The notes under the pieces: generated by a model
Seen by the model: the letters and a program-made list of their open reading frames with translations, nothing else
What the model was told of the DNA's origin: nothing
Database searches by the model: none
Assembly (NCBI GenBank): GCA_019058295.1
Contig: JAHPZI010000016.1
Span: 58,021-99,899 of the forward strand
Direction of reading: 5' to 3'
From: Promethearchaeota archaeon
GTDB taxonomy: Archaea; Asgardarchaeota; Lokiarchaeia; Sigyniarchaeales; SOKP01
DNA: 41,879 nt
In this document: piece after piece, positions 30,192 through 38,450 of the stretch
Position numbering within the stretch: position 1 is the first letter of the stretch
Layout of the letters: every line of letters starts with the position of its first letter
Translations under genes and position numbers: made by a program

Positions 30192-30407
30192 TTAATCTTG
30201 TGAATTTGTTTGGTTTTTTTTTTGATCGAGATCTAACGCTTCAGTTATCCCTAATTTTTCCTCAACTGAAAGGATTTGAGAATCTTCTAACTCATCACAA
30301 TCTTTTTTATCAAACTCAAACCCGCAAGATGGACAATCAAACGAATCTGTATAATCCACGATATCTTCATTGCCACATCGAGGGCAATGGTATTTTTTTT
30401 CTACCAT
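30192..30407 (-). CDS. Small stand-alone zinc-ribbon protein (TFIIB/TFB-type spacing)
   Basis: YHCPRCGNEDIVDYTDSFDCPSCGFEF followed by an acidic helix. Confidence 0.75.
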   Translation of the reverse strand: MVEKKYHCPRCGNEDIVDYTDSFDCPSCGFEFDKKDCDELEDSQILSVEEKLGITEALDLDQKKNQTNSQD

Positions 30408-30460
30408 CTTATAACGAATAATTAATTAGTAGAGATAGAAGAGTGATATCTTCAAAATAT

Positions 30461-31639
30461 TTAAACCTCTCCATTTTTGTCAATAAGATTTACAATCTCT
30501 TTCACTCTGTTTAAAAGACGTCTTTTGAACTGGGGAAAATCTGTAATCGAAGAAATATTATTAACAGCGTCATTTTCTATCTTTTTATCTATCTCAAGCA
30601 TATAATCGTGATTTTTTATTTTACTTTTAATACCTCCTAACAAATCGTTTGGAATGTTCAACTTATTAAAAATACGCTTAAAGTCAGAAACATCGATGTC
30701 ATTAAGTGTATGTCCCGTACTTTTCATATGAACCCAATCAATTAAGAACTCTTCTGGAATATTAACAGACCAATGATGATTCCTTAAATAATTATAGAGT
30801 TTATGCGGAGTATGTAGCTGTTCTAATTCTAAATTACTAGGATTTACATTTAGGCTTCGATATTGATAAAGCAACTGAACGAATTCCCTTCCTACATCAT
30901 CATTTTGTCCTACAATAAATCTGAATTCATCAGAATAGTCTTTCAATTGCTTCTTGCTTTTGTTAATCGGCTTAAAATTCTTTTTAGATTGGTAAAATCT
31001 ATAATCAAATTCAGGAAAATCAACTTTAAAGTACAATCCGGTGAATTTCATAATTTTAGGCCAAAACTTAGGATCATAATCCTCTAAAATCATAGGAAGA
31101 TTTCTCATTTCAGGGTCTTTATTAACTTCGCTAAACAACCTGGTGGCGGTAGATTTTATTTTTTGAATTTTATCTTGTAATACCTCTACAACATTTTTAG
31201 AATCAGCAATTAAATGCTCTTCAAAGGATAAGTCAGTATGTCTGGAGTTATAATTGATAAACTTTTTAGTTTTTTTATTGTAGAACACAAAGGAATCGCT
31301 ATTAGCAAGAGAACTTACATCTTCATTTGTATTCAGGATACAGTGTATATCCGATAGTTGCATAACCTCCTTAACTTTTTTACGATCTAAGTTATAAATG
31401 AAGAAAAAGGATCTATTTTGAGAATAAGAATTAAATGCCTCAAACTCAATAATCTCTCTTATGTTATTTAAAGCCGTGGTTTCTAAATCTATTGCATTAT
31501 ACCCTACTGTAAAACACTCCAATGCATGTAGATGCTTCAAATCGACATAGGGAAATATCACTAGGTTTTTCTGCTCAAAAAAAAGAATGTTAAGAAATTC
31601 TGGTTGAATAAAATCCGATCCTGTGTCCAAATTTCTCAC
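30461..31639 (-). CDS. Hypothetical protein (392 aa), third gene of the roadblock-GTPase operon
   Basis: Long ORF with GTG start, 15 nt downstream of the GTPase stop; no recognisable motif. Confidence 0.8.
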   Translation of the reverse strand: MRNLDTGSDFIQPEFLNILFFEQKNLVIFPYVDLKHLHALECFTVGYNAIDLETTALNNIREIIEFEAFNSYSQNRSFFFIYNLDRKKVKEVMQLSDIHCILNTNEDVSSLANSDSFVFYNKKTKKFINYNSRHTDLSFEEHLIADSKNVVEVLQDKIQKIKSTATRLFSEVNKDPEMRNLPMILEDYDPKFWPKIMKFTGLYFKVDFPEFDYRFYQSKKNFKPINKSKKQLKDYSDEFRFIVGQNDDVGREFVQLLYQYRSLNVNPSNLELEQLHTPHKLYNYLRNHHWSVNIPEEFLIDWVHMKSTGHTLNDIDVSDFKRIFNKLNIPNDLLGGIKSKIKNHDYMLEIDKKIENDAVNNISSITDFPQFKRRLLNRVKEIVNLIDKNGEV

Positions 31640-31654
31640 TTATAATTTTATAAA

Positions 31655-32323
31655 CTAATCTTTGGAATTAAAATAATTGTATATGACTTGAAGTACTATG
31701 TCTTCAAAGCAATCAACTACATTCTCACCATGTAAAGCACAAGTAGGGTAAACAACTTTAGATCCGTCAGGATACACATCCTCTAAAGGTAAACCAAGTA
31801 ACTTTTTGAAATCTTTAACAGAAATAGCATTATCTATGTCTTGTTTATTCAACTGTACAACAAAAGGAATGTCTTTAGGTTTAGCAAAATTAATAAGTTC
31901 CCGATAACTGCGTCTATTTTGCTCCCTTTTCTTAGGATCAGAATCGCCAACAAATACTATTCCATCAGCACCGTCAAGGACATATTCTCTAGTGGACAAA
32001 AACCTCTCCTGTCCTGTACAAGTGACCACTTGGGTTATGATGCTATAACTAATATCGTTAATGTCAAAATTAAATGTTAGAAAGAGAGAGTCTTGCCATA
32101 AGGTTCTACCAAAAGTAGTTTCAATGGAATATCCTTTAGTTAATCTGATAAAATTAAACTTTTCACGCAGCCTCATAAAGTTAGTAGTTTTTCCAGACTC
32201 ACCAGGACCCCAATAAACTATCTTAAATTGAATTATTCCTTCGGAAGAAACAAAAGTTACTTCGCTGAAGGTTTCTCCTTTATTTTTAGTAGAGTCGCTA
32301 GAATCTTTAGGATCTATTAGAAT
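31655..32323 (-). CDS. MglA-like small GTPase (extended to include the P-loop; non-canonical start)
   Basis: The frame extends 49 codons upstream of ATG 32176: ILIDPK...IQFKIVYWGPGESGKTTNF (G1). Also GRTLWQD (G2, intrinsic Arg), TCTGQERF (G3), LDGADGIVFVGDS, NKQD (G4), TCA (G5). Confidence 0.9.
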   Translation of the reverse strand: MLIDPKDSSDSTKNKGETFSEVTFVSSEGIIQFKIVYWGPGESGKTTNFMRLREKFNFIRLTKGYSIETTFGRTLWQDSLFLTFNFDINDISYSIITQVVTCTGQERFLSTREYVLDGADGIVFVGDSDPKKREQNRRSYRELINFAKPKDIPFVVQLNKQDIDNAISVKDFKKLLGLPLEDVYPDGSKVVYPTCALHGENVVDCFEDIVLQVIYNYFNSKD

Positions 32324-32337
32324 TCAAATCGCCTCGT

Positions 32338-32892
32338 TTAAGAAATTGTGCTAATCTTATCTCCAAAAATCTCCTTTTTAAGCCTTTTAATATGAGCTTT
32401 AAGTTCGTTCTCAGTCATTTTTAAGGTATTCTTAATTGAACTATTCCTCTCTATCTCAGATTTAATCTTGTTTGCAAATCTGTTCATCTGCAGAAGAATC
32501 ACTCCAATATTTACATCCTTATCAGCTAAAATTACAATAAGAACTTCTCTTACCGCTCTTCTCTCGTTAATGGATACTTCTCCTATAGACTTTACAAATA
32601 ACTGTAAATTGTTATATATCATTGCCGCTCTTTCCAAGTAGTCTGTCTCGAAAAAATCTTTACCTTGTCGCGCCACGCCATATAACGCAGCACCGATTGA
32701 GCTTAGATCCCAATAATTCAACTGTCGGTCAAACCTAGAATCAATCGCTATTATCTTTGCATCTTGGTCAATTGCGATCAAGCCGTAAATATATCCTTTC
32801 CTGGTGAGTATTCCATAACCATCTCGAATTTCGTCTAAAACATCAGTTATTTTATTTTCATATAAAATTTTTGGTACGGTATTAATTGTCAT
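32338..32892 (-). CDS. Roadblock/LAMTOR (MglB-like) domain protein
   Basis: IYGLIAIDQDAKIIA...LSSIGAALYGVARQG...LIVILADKDVNIGVILLQMNRFA is a roadblock pattern; lies directly upstream of the MglA-like GTPase. Confidence 0.8.
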   Translation of the reverse strand: MTINTVPKILYENKITDVLDEIRDGYGILTRKGYIYGLIAIDQDAKIIAIDSRFDRQLNYWDLSSIGAALYGVARQGKDFFETDYLERAAMIYNNLQLFVKSIGEVSINERRAVREVLIVILADKDVNIGVILLQMNRFANKIKSEIERNSSIKNTLKMTENELKAHIKRLKKEIFGDKISTIS

Positions 32893-32942
32893 TTTATTTT
32901 AAACCATTTTTTAGTTTTCTTAAGATGAAAATATTTTTTCAG

Positions 32943-32957
32943 TATTTAAAGAAAAAA
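32943..32957 (-). promoter_or_regulatory. Shared promoter motif TTTTTTCTTTAAATA (T-rich element plus TATA), 50 nt before the roadblock ATG
   Basis: Exact 15-mer also at 39714 and 41807. Confidence 0.6.
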
Positions 32958-32967
32958 TTAAATTTCT

Positions 32968-33915
32968 TCAATTAATTTCATTAATTTTATTTAGAATGCT
33001 TTTACTATGCAAATTTAAAACTTTATCTTGTAAATACTTATCAAACTTAATTAAAACATTATATAATTCGATATTATCTCCAACTGAAATGGTTTTGGCA
33101 CATTCAAGAGATTTTTCATTCCAAGCGTTGATTAAAATTGTAGAAATACTATCGGATAAAGTAAATTTAAGTAAAAGCTTAATATCTTTGTTCTTCTTAC
33201 TTTTAATCGGTAAAATAGGTTGAATATCAAGAATTTTTCCCCTAATTCTTCCACTGAAAAATCCCTCGTATTTGTGTAGATCGGCGATGGAGGTAAACTC
33301 TATTATTTTGGATGCATTTTTATTTGGTGAGAAATTACCTATAGTTTCATCAAGCTTAAGTATTCTTGAATAATCAACGTCTTCAGGGGCTAAAATGATC
33401 TTTCCGTTAAAACCGACATGTAATTCCATTCTTTCAGTATTATTGTATTTATTTAGCTTACATTGATTGGATATAACGCGCACTACTTCGTTAAACTTAA
33501 AGAATTTACTTTCAGATAGCTTTACATTATTGACTCCCCATAAAACAACTTTGCACTCTCCTGTATTATCACTAATAATAAAGGGTCTAAGAACATCGGG
33601 TGTTCCGTCTTTACGAATAAAGTTATGTGTGGGGAAAATTTTTTTAATCCGACCTAAAACGACAATGTTTGTCATGCCTTCTGTGAGTTTTGAAATATCT
33701 ACTCTAAATTCCTCATAATCAATCTCAGTTTCTTCACCTACACCGGAACTAATTGAGAAAGAACCAACTTCTAAGCCTAATTCTTTAGCTAAAAAAAACA
33801 ATGCTGTCTCTTCTGACATAAAATCTCTAAGTTCTTCAAGTCTTTGTTGAATATCATCATTATTATAACCCGCCTGTAAAATTAAATCAATTATATCGTC
33901 TACATGAGACCCCAT
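32968..33915 (-). CDS. RPA/SSB-like OB-fold ssDNA-binding protein (two OB folds)
   Basis: N-terminal helical domain (EETALFFLAKELG); OB1 IVVLGRIKKIFPTHNFIRKDG...ISDNTGECKVVLWG...ELHVG; OB2 IRGKILDI...LSDSISTILINAWN. Confidence 0.85.
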   Translation of the reverse strand: MGSHVDDIIDLILQAGYNNDDIQQRLEELRDFMSEETALFFLAKELGLEVGSFSISSGVGEETEIDYEEFRVDISKLTEGMTNIVVLGRIKKIFPTHNFIRKDGTPDVLRPFIISDNTGECKVVLWGVNNVKLSESKFFKFNEVVRVISNQCKLNKYNNTERMELHVGFNGKIILAPEDVDYSRILKLDETIGNFSPNKNASKIIEFTSIADLHKYEGFFSGRIRGKILDIQPILPIKSKKNKDIKLLLKFTLSDSISTILINAWNEKSLECAKTISVGDNIELYNVLIKFDKYLQDKVLNLHSKSILNKINEIN

Positions 33916-33936
33916 TCTTAATTTACCACTTCAAGA

Positions 33937-34524
33937 TCAAATGTATTTAGTTAAATTTAATTTGTTTCGAGCTCTGTGGAATGCATAAGCAGAGCAATTA
34001 CACAGCACTCTTATGTTTTTTTGAAGAATTTTTGGTTTAATTTTGCTTTTTTCATCAGTGATGTAAATAACTAAGGCAACTTGAGTTGTTAATTGTGGCC
34101 AAAAAGATGCCAACTTAAGCAACTTATGTAAAGCCTCTAAATTTACCCTCGCTCGTCTATAACTGAACACAGGAGCGATACGGTGAATTGTATGCAAGTG
34201 AGATCTAACTCGACAAAGTAATTTTTTAGGCTCATGAGACCACTTAAAGTTGCTATTCTGAACTATCTTTATATGGCATGCGGTTTCCCAAAAAAAATTG
34301 TGAATTTTTGACTGAATTAAACTTGGTTTAAAAGATGAAAAATCTCTGGAAATCTTTTCAATATAATACCGTGGTATCTTTGTTAAAAGTTGACCATTGT
34401 TATCTAAAATAGAAAAATGCCTAAATATTGAATTCAGAACTAAATACTTTAAATTCTTTTCGTTAAACTCAGGTTCTGGCATAAGGGTGCCCGACCTAAG
34501 GATTTCTTTCGTTATGTCACTCAT
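33937..34524 (-). CDS. Hypothetical protein with TFB/TFIIB-like C-terminal cyclin-HTH repeat, no zinc ribbon
   Basis: PQLTTQVALVIYITD...ILQKNIRVLCNCSAYAFHRARNKL aligns by eye with the TFB consensus P.GLAAAALYIA....[24 protein letters not shown]. Confidence 0.5.
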   Translation of the reverse strand: MSDITKEILRSGTLMPEPEFNEKNLKYLVLNSIFRHFSILDNNGQLLTKIPRYYIEKISRDFSSFKPSLIQSKIHNFFWETACHIKIVQNSNFKWSHEPKKLLCRVRSHLHTIHRIAPVFSYRRARVNLEALHKLLKLASFWPQLTTQVALVIYITDEKSKIKPKILQKNIRVLCNCSAYAFHRARNKLNLTKYI

Positions 34525-34590
34525 ATTAAAAAAACCAATTTAAGTTTAGATCTTATTATTTTGTCCATTTATAAATAAAAAAAAAGAAAC

Positions 34591-35685
34591 TCAAAAGATA
34601 GCATCTAAAGTTTTTTGAATTAAAGTTGAATAACCTTGATCAGATTTAAAGAATTTAAGACATCGATGGTAGTTATCGACTACTTTATTTATGTTATTTT
34701 CTACGCGCTCTTTATTTAAATGATGATCTTCACACATTAATTCAAAAACTTGTGATTTATTTGGAAGATCCCACCTTAGATCATCAAAAGAATTTGAAAC
34801 TTCAGGAAGTAAAAAAATTTTTCTAATGTATGAGATTAATTCTGAATCTAAGCTTGTAAAATCATAGTTCTCTTTTTCCGCAGAAATGATATTCTCTAAA
34901 TTGTGATGGTTTTCTAACAATTTTAAAGCTGTTTTAGGACCAATGCCTTTTATTCCCGGAAAATAGTCTGTTCCAATCAAGATAGCTAAATCGACTAACT
35001 GAAATATATCTAAGTTCAGCCTTTTTAAGTTCTGCTCTAAATTAATACTTAGAGGAACAATTTTCTGGTAATTCCATTTATTTTGAACTTTCCTTCTTAG
35101 CGATTTTGAAAGATTTTGAATGACTCTTGGGCACCCAAATAATAATGAATCAAAATCCTGCGAATTGGAGTAATGGGCAATGCCTTCTTTTACTAAATGG
35201 GCACATTGAGACTCAGCAGAAGCGGGAGAGTCAAGCCAAGGTACTCCTAAAGCACTTAACAGTTTTCTCGATTCTAAAAGAATGTTTGGCCATAAAAATT
35301 CTTTACTAGTAGCATAATACCTCGCTAAATTTCTATCGCCTGATTTTAAAGCATCTCGATACCATTTTGAAATAAATCTAAAGTCATTTAATTGGTCTTT
35401 TGTTACAATCCGCTTTAGATCTGATATCCTCCCGTCAAAACAAAAAATTGGAAAGATCTTTTTGGAATAATAAAAATTTATCCTGAACAAAATTCCATAT
35501 AAATGAGAAATTGCTCGCTGAGTGCGATCTGTCATCATTTCTTCATAAGAATAGATCTTATTTTTATAAGAGAAGTTAAAAAGCCCCATAATAATGTTTG
35601 GAGCATCAATTGTGATAATTTTTCCTTCTAACTGAGAAAAATCTACCTTTTTTCGCTTAATTATCTGTTGTAATTTAATTCCCAT
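34591..35685 (-). CDS. fen: Divergent flap endonuclease 1 (FEN1/XPG family) with C-terminal PIP box
   Basis: MGIKL start, IDAPN, SHLYGIL, CFDG, SPASAESQ, SQDFDSLLFG, GTDY.PGIKGIGPKTA, QKTLDAIF PIP box. Confidence 0.9.
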   Translation of the reverse strand: MGIKLQQIIKRKKVDFSQLEGKIITIDAPNIIMGLFNFSYKNKIYSYEEMMTDRTQRAISHLYGILFRINFYYSKKIFPIFCFDGRISDLKRIVTKDQLNDFRFISKWYRDALKSGDRNLARYYATSKEFLWPNILLESRKLLSALGVPWLDSPASAESQCAHLVKEGIAHYSNSQDFDSLLFGCPRVIQNLSKSLRRKVQNKWNYQKIVPLSINLEQNLKRLNLDIFQLVDLAILIGTDYFPGIKGIGPKTALKLLENHHNLENIISAEKENYDFTSLDSELISYIRKIFLLPEVSNSFDDLRWDLPNKSQVFELMCEDHHLNKERVENNINKVVDNYHRCLKFFKSDQGYSTLIQKTLDAIF

Positions 35686-35709
35686 TATCATATACTTACA
35701 ATTCAGAAT

Positions 35710-35724
35710 TATTTAAGAAAAAAA
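35710..35724 (-). promoter_or_regulatory. Variant shared motif TTTTTTTCTTAAATA, 24 nt before the FEN1 ATG (leaderless spacing)
   Basis: Divergent intergenic region, so not an upstream terminator. Confidence 0.55.
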
Positions 35725-35810
35725 TAAGAAAAAGATATTGCACCCAATCTTAATTTTTCCTTTAAAAACAACTAAATTTATTTAATATTAAAAAGAATAA
35801 GTGATTCTAA

Positions 35811-36176
35811 ATGCCATATAAAAGCGATGTAATAATAATTAAAAAGGAGAATAAAAAATCTAGTGTAATCTTTTGGATATTCTTTGGAATTATAGGATTT
35901 TTAGCGATATATTTTCCTCTTTTTGGATCTAATTTGAGATTCCAGACAGGCGCGCTGTTATCAAAGGCTTTTACAACTGTAGGAACGATCTTAGTTACTT
36001 TTGGCGCTCTAATGTTTGTCTGGGGTCTTTTTACACTATTTTGCGGTAAATCAGGTTCAGGGGTTAAGGTAATGATTTTAGGTTTTGTTATGGTGTTTCT
36101 TGGGAGTTATTTCATTAATCCGGCATTATTAGGTGTCGGTAGCACAGGAAAAGAAGTTCCTAAAGGATACCACTGA
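35811..36176 (+). CDS. Small 3-TM membrane protein, possibly VirB2/TrbC/CedA-like pilin
   Basis: TM1, then Gly-rich helical hairpin TVGTILVTFGALMFVWGLFTLFCGK-SGSG-VKVMILGFVMVFLG; pilin resemblance by eye only. Confidence 0.6.
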   Translation: MPYKSDVIIIKKENKKSSVIFWIFFGIIGFLAIYFPLFGSNLRFQTGALLSKAFTTVGTILVTFGALMFVWGLFTLFCGKSGSGVKVMILGFVMVFLGSYFINPALLGVGSTGKEVPKGYH

Positions 36177-36225
36177 ATAAATTGGATTCAGAATATATAT
36201 AAGTTAGGATTGAATAAAGGTTTTT

Positions 36226-36450
36226 TTAATGTATGCGAAAATATTTTAAGCCTCTACCATAACCACCGCATAAGCTCAAAAGGATAATTGATATTATAAT
36301 TAAGGTTACATAACTGACTCGATACTTTGAACCTCCCCAAATAAATAGAATTATCCCAAAAACAAGACCTAACAATCCAATAATAGATCCTAGCGCTAAT
36401 AGATATTCAATTCCTTCGCCTATAGAATCAAAATAACCTGAAAATATCAT
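36226..36450 (-). CDS. Small 2-TM membrane protein, possibly pilin-like
   Basis: 74 aa, YLLALGSIIGLLGLVFGIILFIWGG-SKYR-VSYVTLIIISIILLSL; own promoter motif. Confidence 0.65.
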   Translation of the reverse strand: MIFSGYFDSIGEGIEYLLALGSIIGLLGLVFGIILFIWGGSKYRVSYVTLIIISIILLSLCGGYGRGLKYFRIH

Positions 36451-36474
36451 AGTAAATTATACTATATCCTTATT

Positions 36475-36488
36475 TATTTAAAGAAAAA
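36475..36488 (-). promoter_or_regulatory. Shared motif TTTTTCTTTAAATA, 24 nt before ATG 36450
   Basis: 14-nt match; divergent intergenic region. Confidence 0.6.
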
Positions 36489-36496
36489 TTTCGCAG

Positions 36497-36513
36497 TTTT
36501 TTTCTTTTAAATA
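36497..36513 (+). promoter_or_regulatory. Variant motif TTTTTTTCTTTTAAATA, 48 nt before ATG 36562
   Basis: Back-to-back with the 36475 copy. Confidence 0.45.
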
Positions 36514-36561
36514 AGGCTAAAAGAATCAAAATTAACAAAAAATTATTGGGAAAATTATATT

Positions 36562-36879
36562 ATGAAAAAAATCGAAGAGATTGGAGAATGCCCTAATTGT
36601 GATTGTTCATTATACATTTACAAAACGAGTAATTATAAACGATTTGCTAAATGTGAAATTTGTGGATATTCATACCCATTACCTAAAAGTGGTGTGATTA
36701 GCAATTCTGCAATGTTTTGCCCTCAAAAAAGAGTACCTATATTAATCGTAGAGAAAAAAGACCAGAAAGCATATTTTTGGACTGACTGTCCTTGCTTTAC
36801 TTGCATTAAAGCTGATAAATGTGAACAAATAAACGAACTTATAGCGGAATTTGAAGAATTAAAGGTGTATGGATATTAA
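36562..36879 (+). CDS. Stand-alone topoisomerase IA C-terminal-type C4 zinc-ribbon protein
   Basis: IGECPNCDCSLYIYKTSNYKRFAKCEICGYSYPLPKSG...CP...PILIV matches the TopA Zn-ribbon repeat pattern. Confidence 0.7.
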   Translation: MKKIEEIGECPNCDCSLYIYKTSNYKRFAKCEICGYSYPLPKSGVISNSAMFCPQKRVPILIVEKKDQKAYFWTDCPCFTCIKADKCEQINELIAEFEELKVYGY

Positions 36880-37954
36880 AAAAAAAATAATGTTTATATT
36901 AATAATTTCTTTAGTGTTTGTAAGTTTTATTATATATCTTAATTTTGTAAATAGCAGCAACAGTGATTTAAGCCACGATACTGAAGATTGTATTAATATT
37001 AATAGTGAATCGATTGATTCATTAAAGGTAAGTGATTTAGAACTGCCTGATAAAGTTTATACTTTTCTTGCGGGTGCTGATACGAAAAATTTCGAACTCT
37101 ATCTGGAAAAACATTATACATATTTAATATATATTGAACTAGTAACGCCTCATAATATAACGAATATGAAAATTTGTATATGGGATCCGGATGGTGAAGT
37201 TTTTAAAATATTTGAAAGTGAAATGTTTTTTAATCCTGAGTATGGAAGATTTTTTGAAATACCTTTCGGAACTGTAATGTCAGGAGATTATATTTTTGAA
37301 TTTTGCGCAAACGCACCGACCAACTTTAATCTTCATATCATAATAGAACAAGGACCTGAATGCCTACACGATAAAATAGACTCACAAGAGCCTGATAATA
37401 TAATATTATACAAAGTAAACAGATTTAGTAATGGAGATTATATTGACCATGATGTTGATTTGGAAACCGATATGATGTATAAATTCTATATTGGGAGAGT
37501 TTCTGCGATTGCGATAACACAAAATAACGAGGTAAGGATAACTTATAAAATAGAAGATCCTAACGGTATTGAGTTTGATATTTATAACAACGAGTTAATT
37601 GCTGACATAGATGGATTAAATTCTTTTTCTTTTGGTACAGCTATAGAAGGAGAATATATAATTAAATTAACAGTCTATTGTAATGTTCCAAATGTTAATA
37701 TTGCCTATGTTATTGTCGAAGATTATGAAATTGGTGATGTTATCGATGCCAACGAAACTAAACCAGTAGAATCAACTTCATTTATAGAAGAAGCTGAAGA
37801 AGAATTAGATGATGCCTCTGCTAATTTACCCACTGAAATGGTTGTTGGAACGTTAATATCTGTATTTGGAATTAGTGGAGTAGCATTAACGGCTTTGATG
37901 GTTCATCGAAAAAGATCTGGTGTCGATGTTAATATAAGAAAATTGCATAAATAA
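36869..37954 (+). CDS. Extracellular protein with N- and C-terminal TM anchors and two repeated beta-sandwich domains
   Basis: Internal repeat LEKHYTYLIYI...DPDGEVFKIF...FGTVMSGDYIF / LETDMMYKFYI...DPNGIEFDIY...FGTAIEGEYII; C-terminal TM plus HRKR. Confidence 0.8.
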   Translation: MDIKKKIMFILIISLVFVSFIIYLNFVNSSNSDLSHDTEDCININSESIDSLKVSDLELPDKVYTFLAGADTKNFELYLEKHYTYLIYIELVTPHNITNMKICIWDPDGEVFKIFESEMFFNPEYGRFFEIPFGTVMSGDYIFEFCANAPTNFNLHIIIEQGPECLHDKIDSQEPDNIILYKVNRFSNGDYIDHDVDLETDMMYKFYIGRVSAIAITQNNEVRITYKIEDPNGIEFDIYNNELIADIDGLNSFSFGTAIEGEYIIKLTVYCNVPNVNIAYVIVEDYEIGDVIDANETKPVESTSFIEEAEEELDDASANLPTEMVVGTLISVFGISGVALTALMVHRKRSGVDVNIRKLHK

Positions 37955-38032
37955 TCTTTTTTTGTTTTTCTTAACTTTATATTTTAAATTAGTCTTTATC
38001 TAAAAAAATCCAAAAGGTAAGTTTGAGTAAAA

Positions 38033-38404
38033 ATGAATGATTCTGATCTACATAATCTTAATGAAGCAAGGATAAAGACTCACATTCATAGCATTTTACA
38101 GAATATTAAGGAACTTGAAAGAAAAAAGTTCCAAGGAGATAAGATCAATTACTTAGCCAATATATATGTGAGCATGTTGGTCTTAGAAGATTATTATCCT
38201 GATATTTATGACCAATGTAAAAAAGAACTCGGCATAGACTACAAGGAATTAGTTGATTTGATCAGAAAAAATACTCCAATCTTGCCGTTGAATGAGATAA
38301 AATTGTTAGAGGGAATAATTAATAGAAAAATTGAGGAAATTATTAAAAAAATTCCTGAAATTAAAGAATTTATATTAAGATATTTTAATATCAATCTTGA
38401 CTAA
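38033..38404 (+). CDS. Hypothetical helical protein
   Basis: 123-aa ORF filling an intergenic gap. Confidence 0.65.
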   Translation: MNDSDLHNLNEARIKTHIHSILQNIKELERKKFQGDKINYLANIYVSMLVLEDYYPDIYDQCKKELGIDYKELVDLIRKNTPILPLNEIKLLEGIINRKIEEIIKKIPEIKEFILRYFNINLD

Positions 38405-38450
38405 TATAATAAATTAAAAAAGAAAATAAAAGAAATATAAAAAAATAATT

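Noticed and set aside
7150-35309. Short ORFs nested in or antisense to longer genes (7150, 8430, 8889, 10406, 12700, 14325, 18238, 18359, 18663, 19711, 20928, 22962, 23721, 24592, 26701, 30200, 30863, 31841, 32996, 33467, 35127)
   Set aside because: They overlap well-supported genes and carry no motifs
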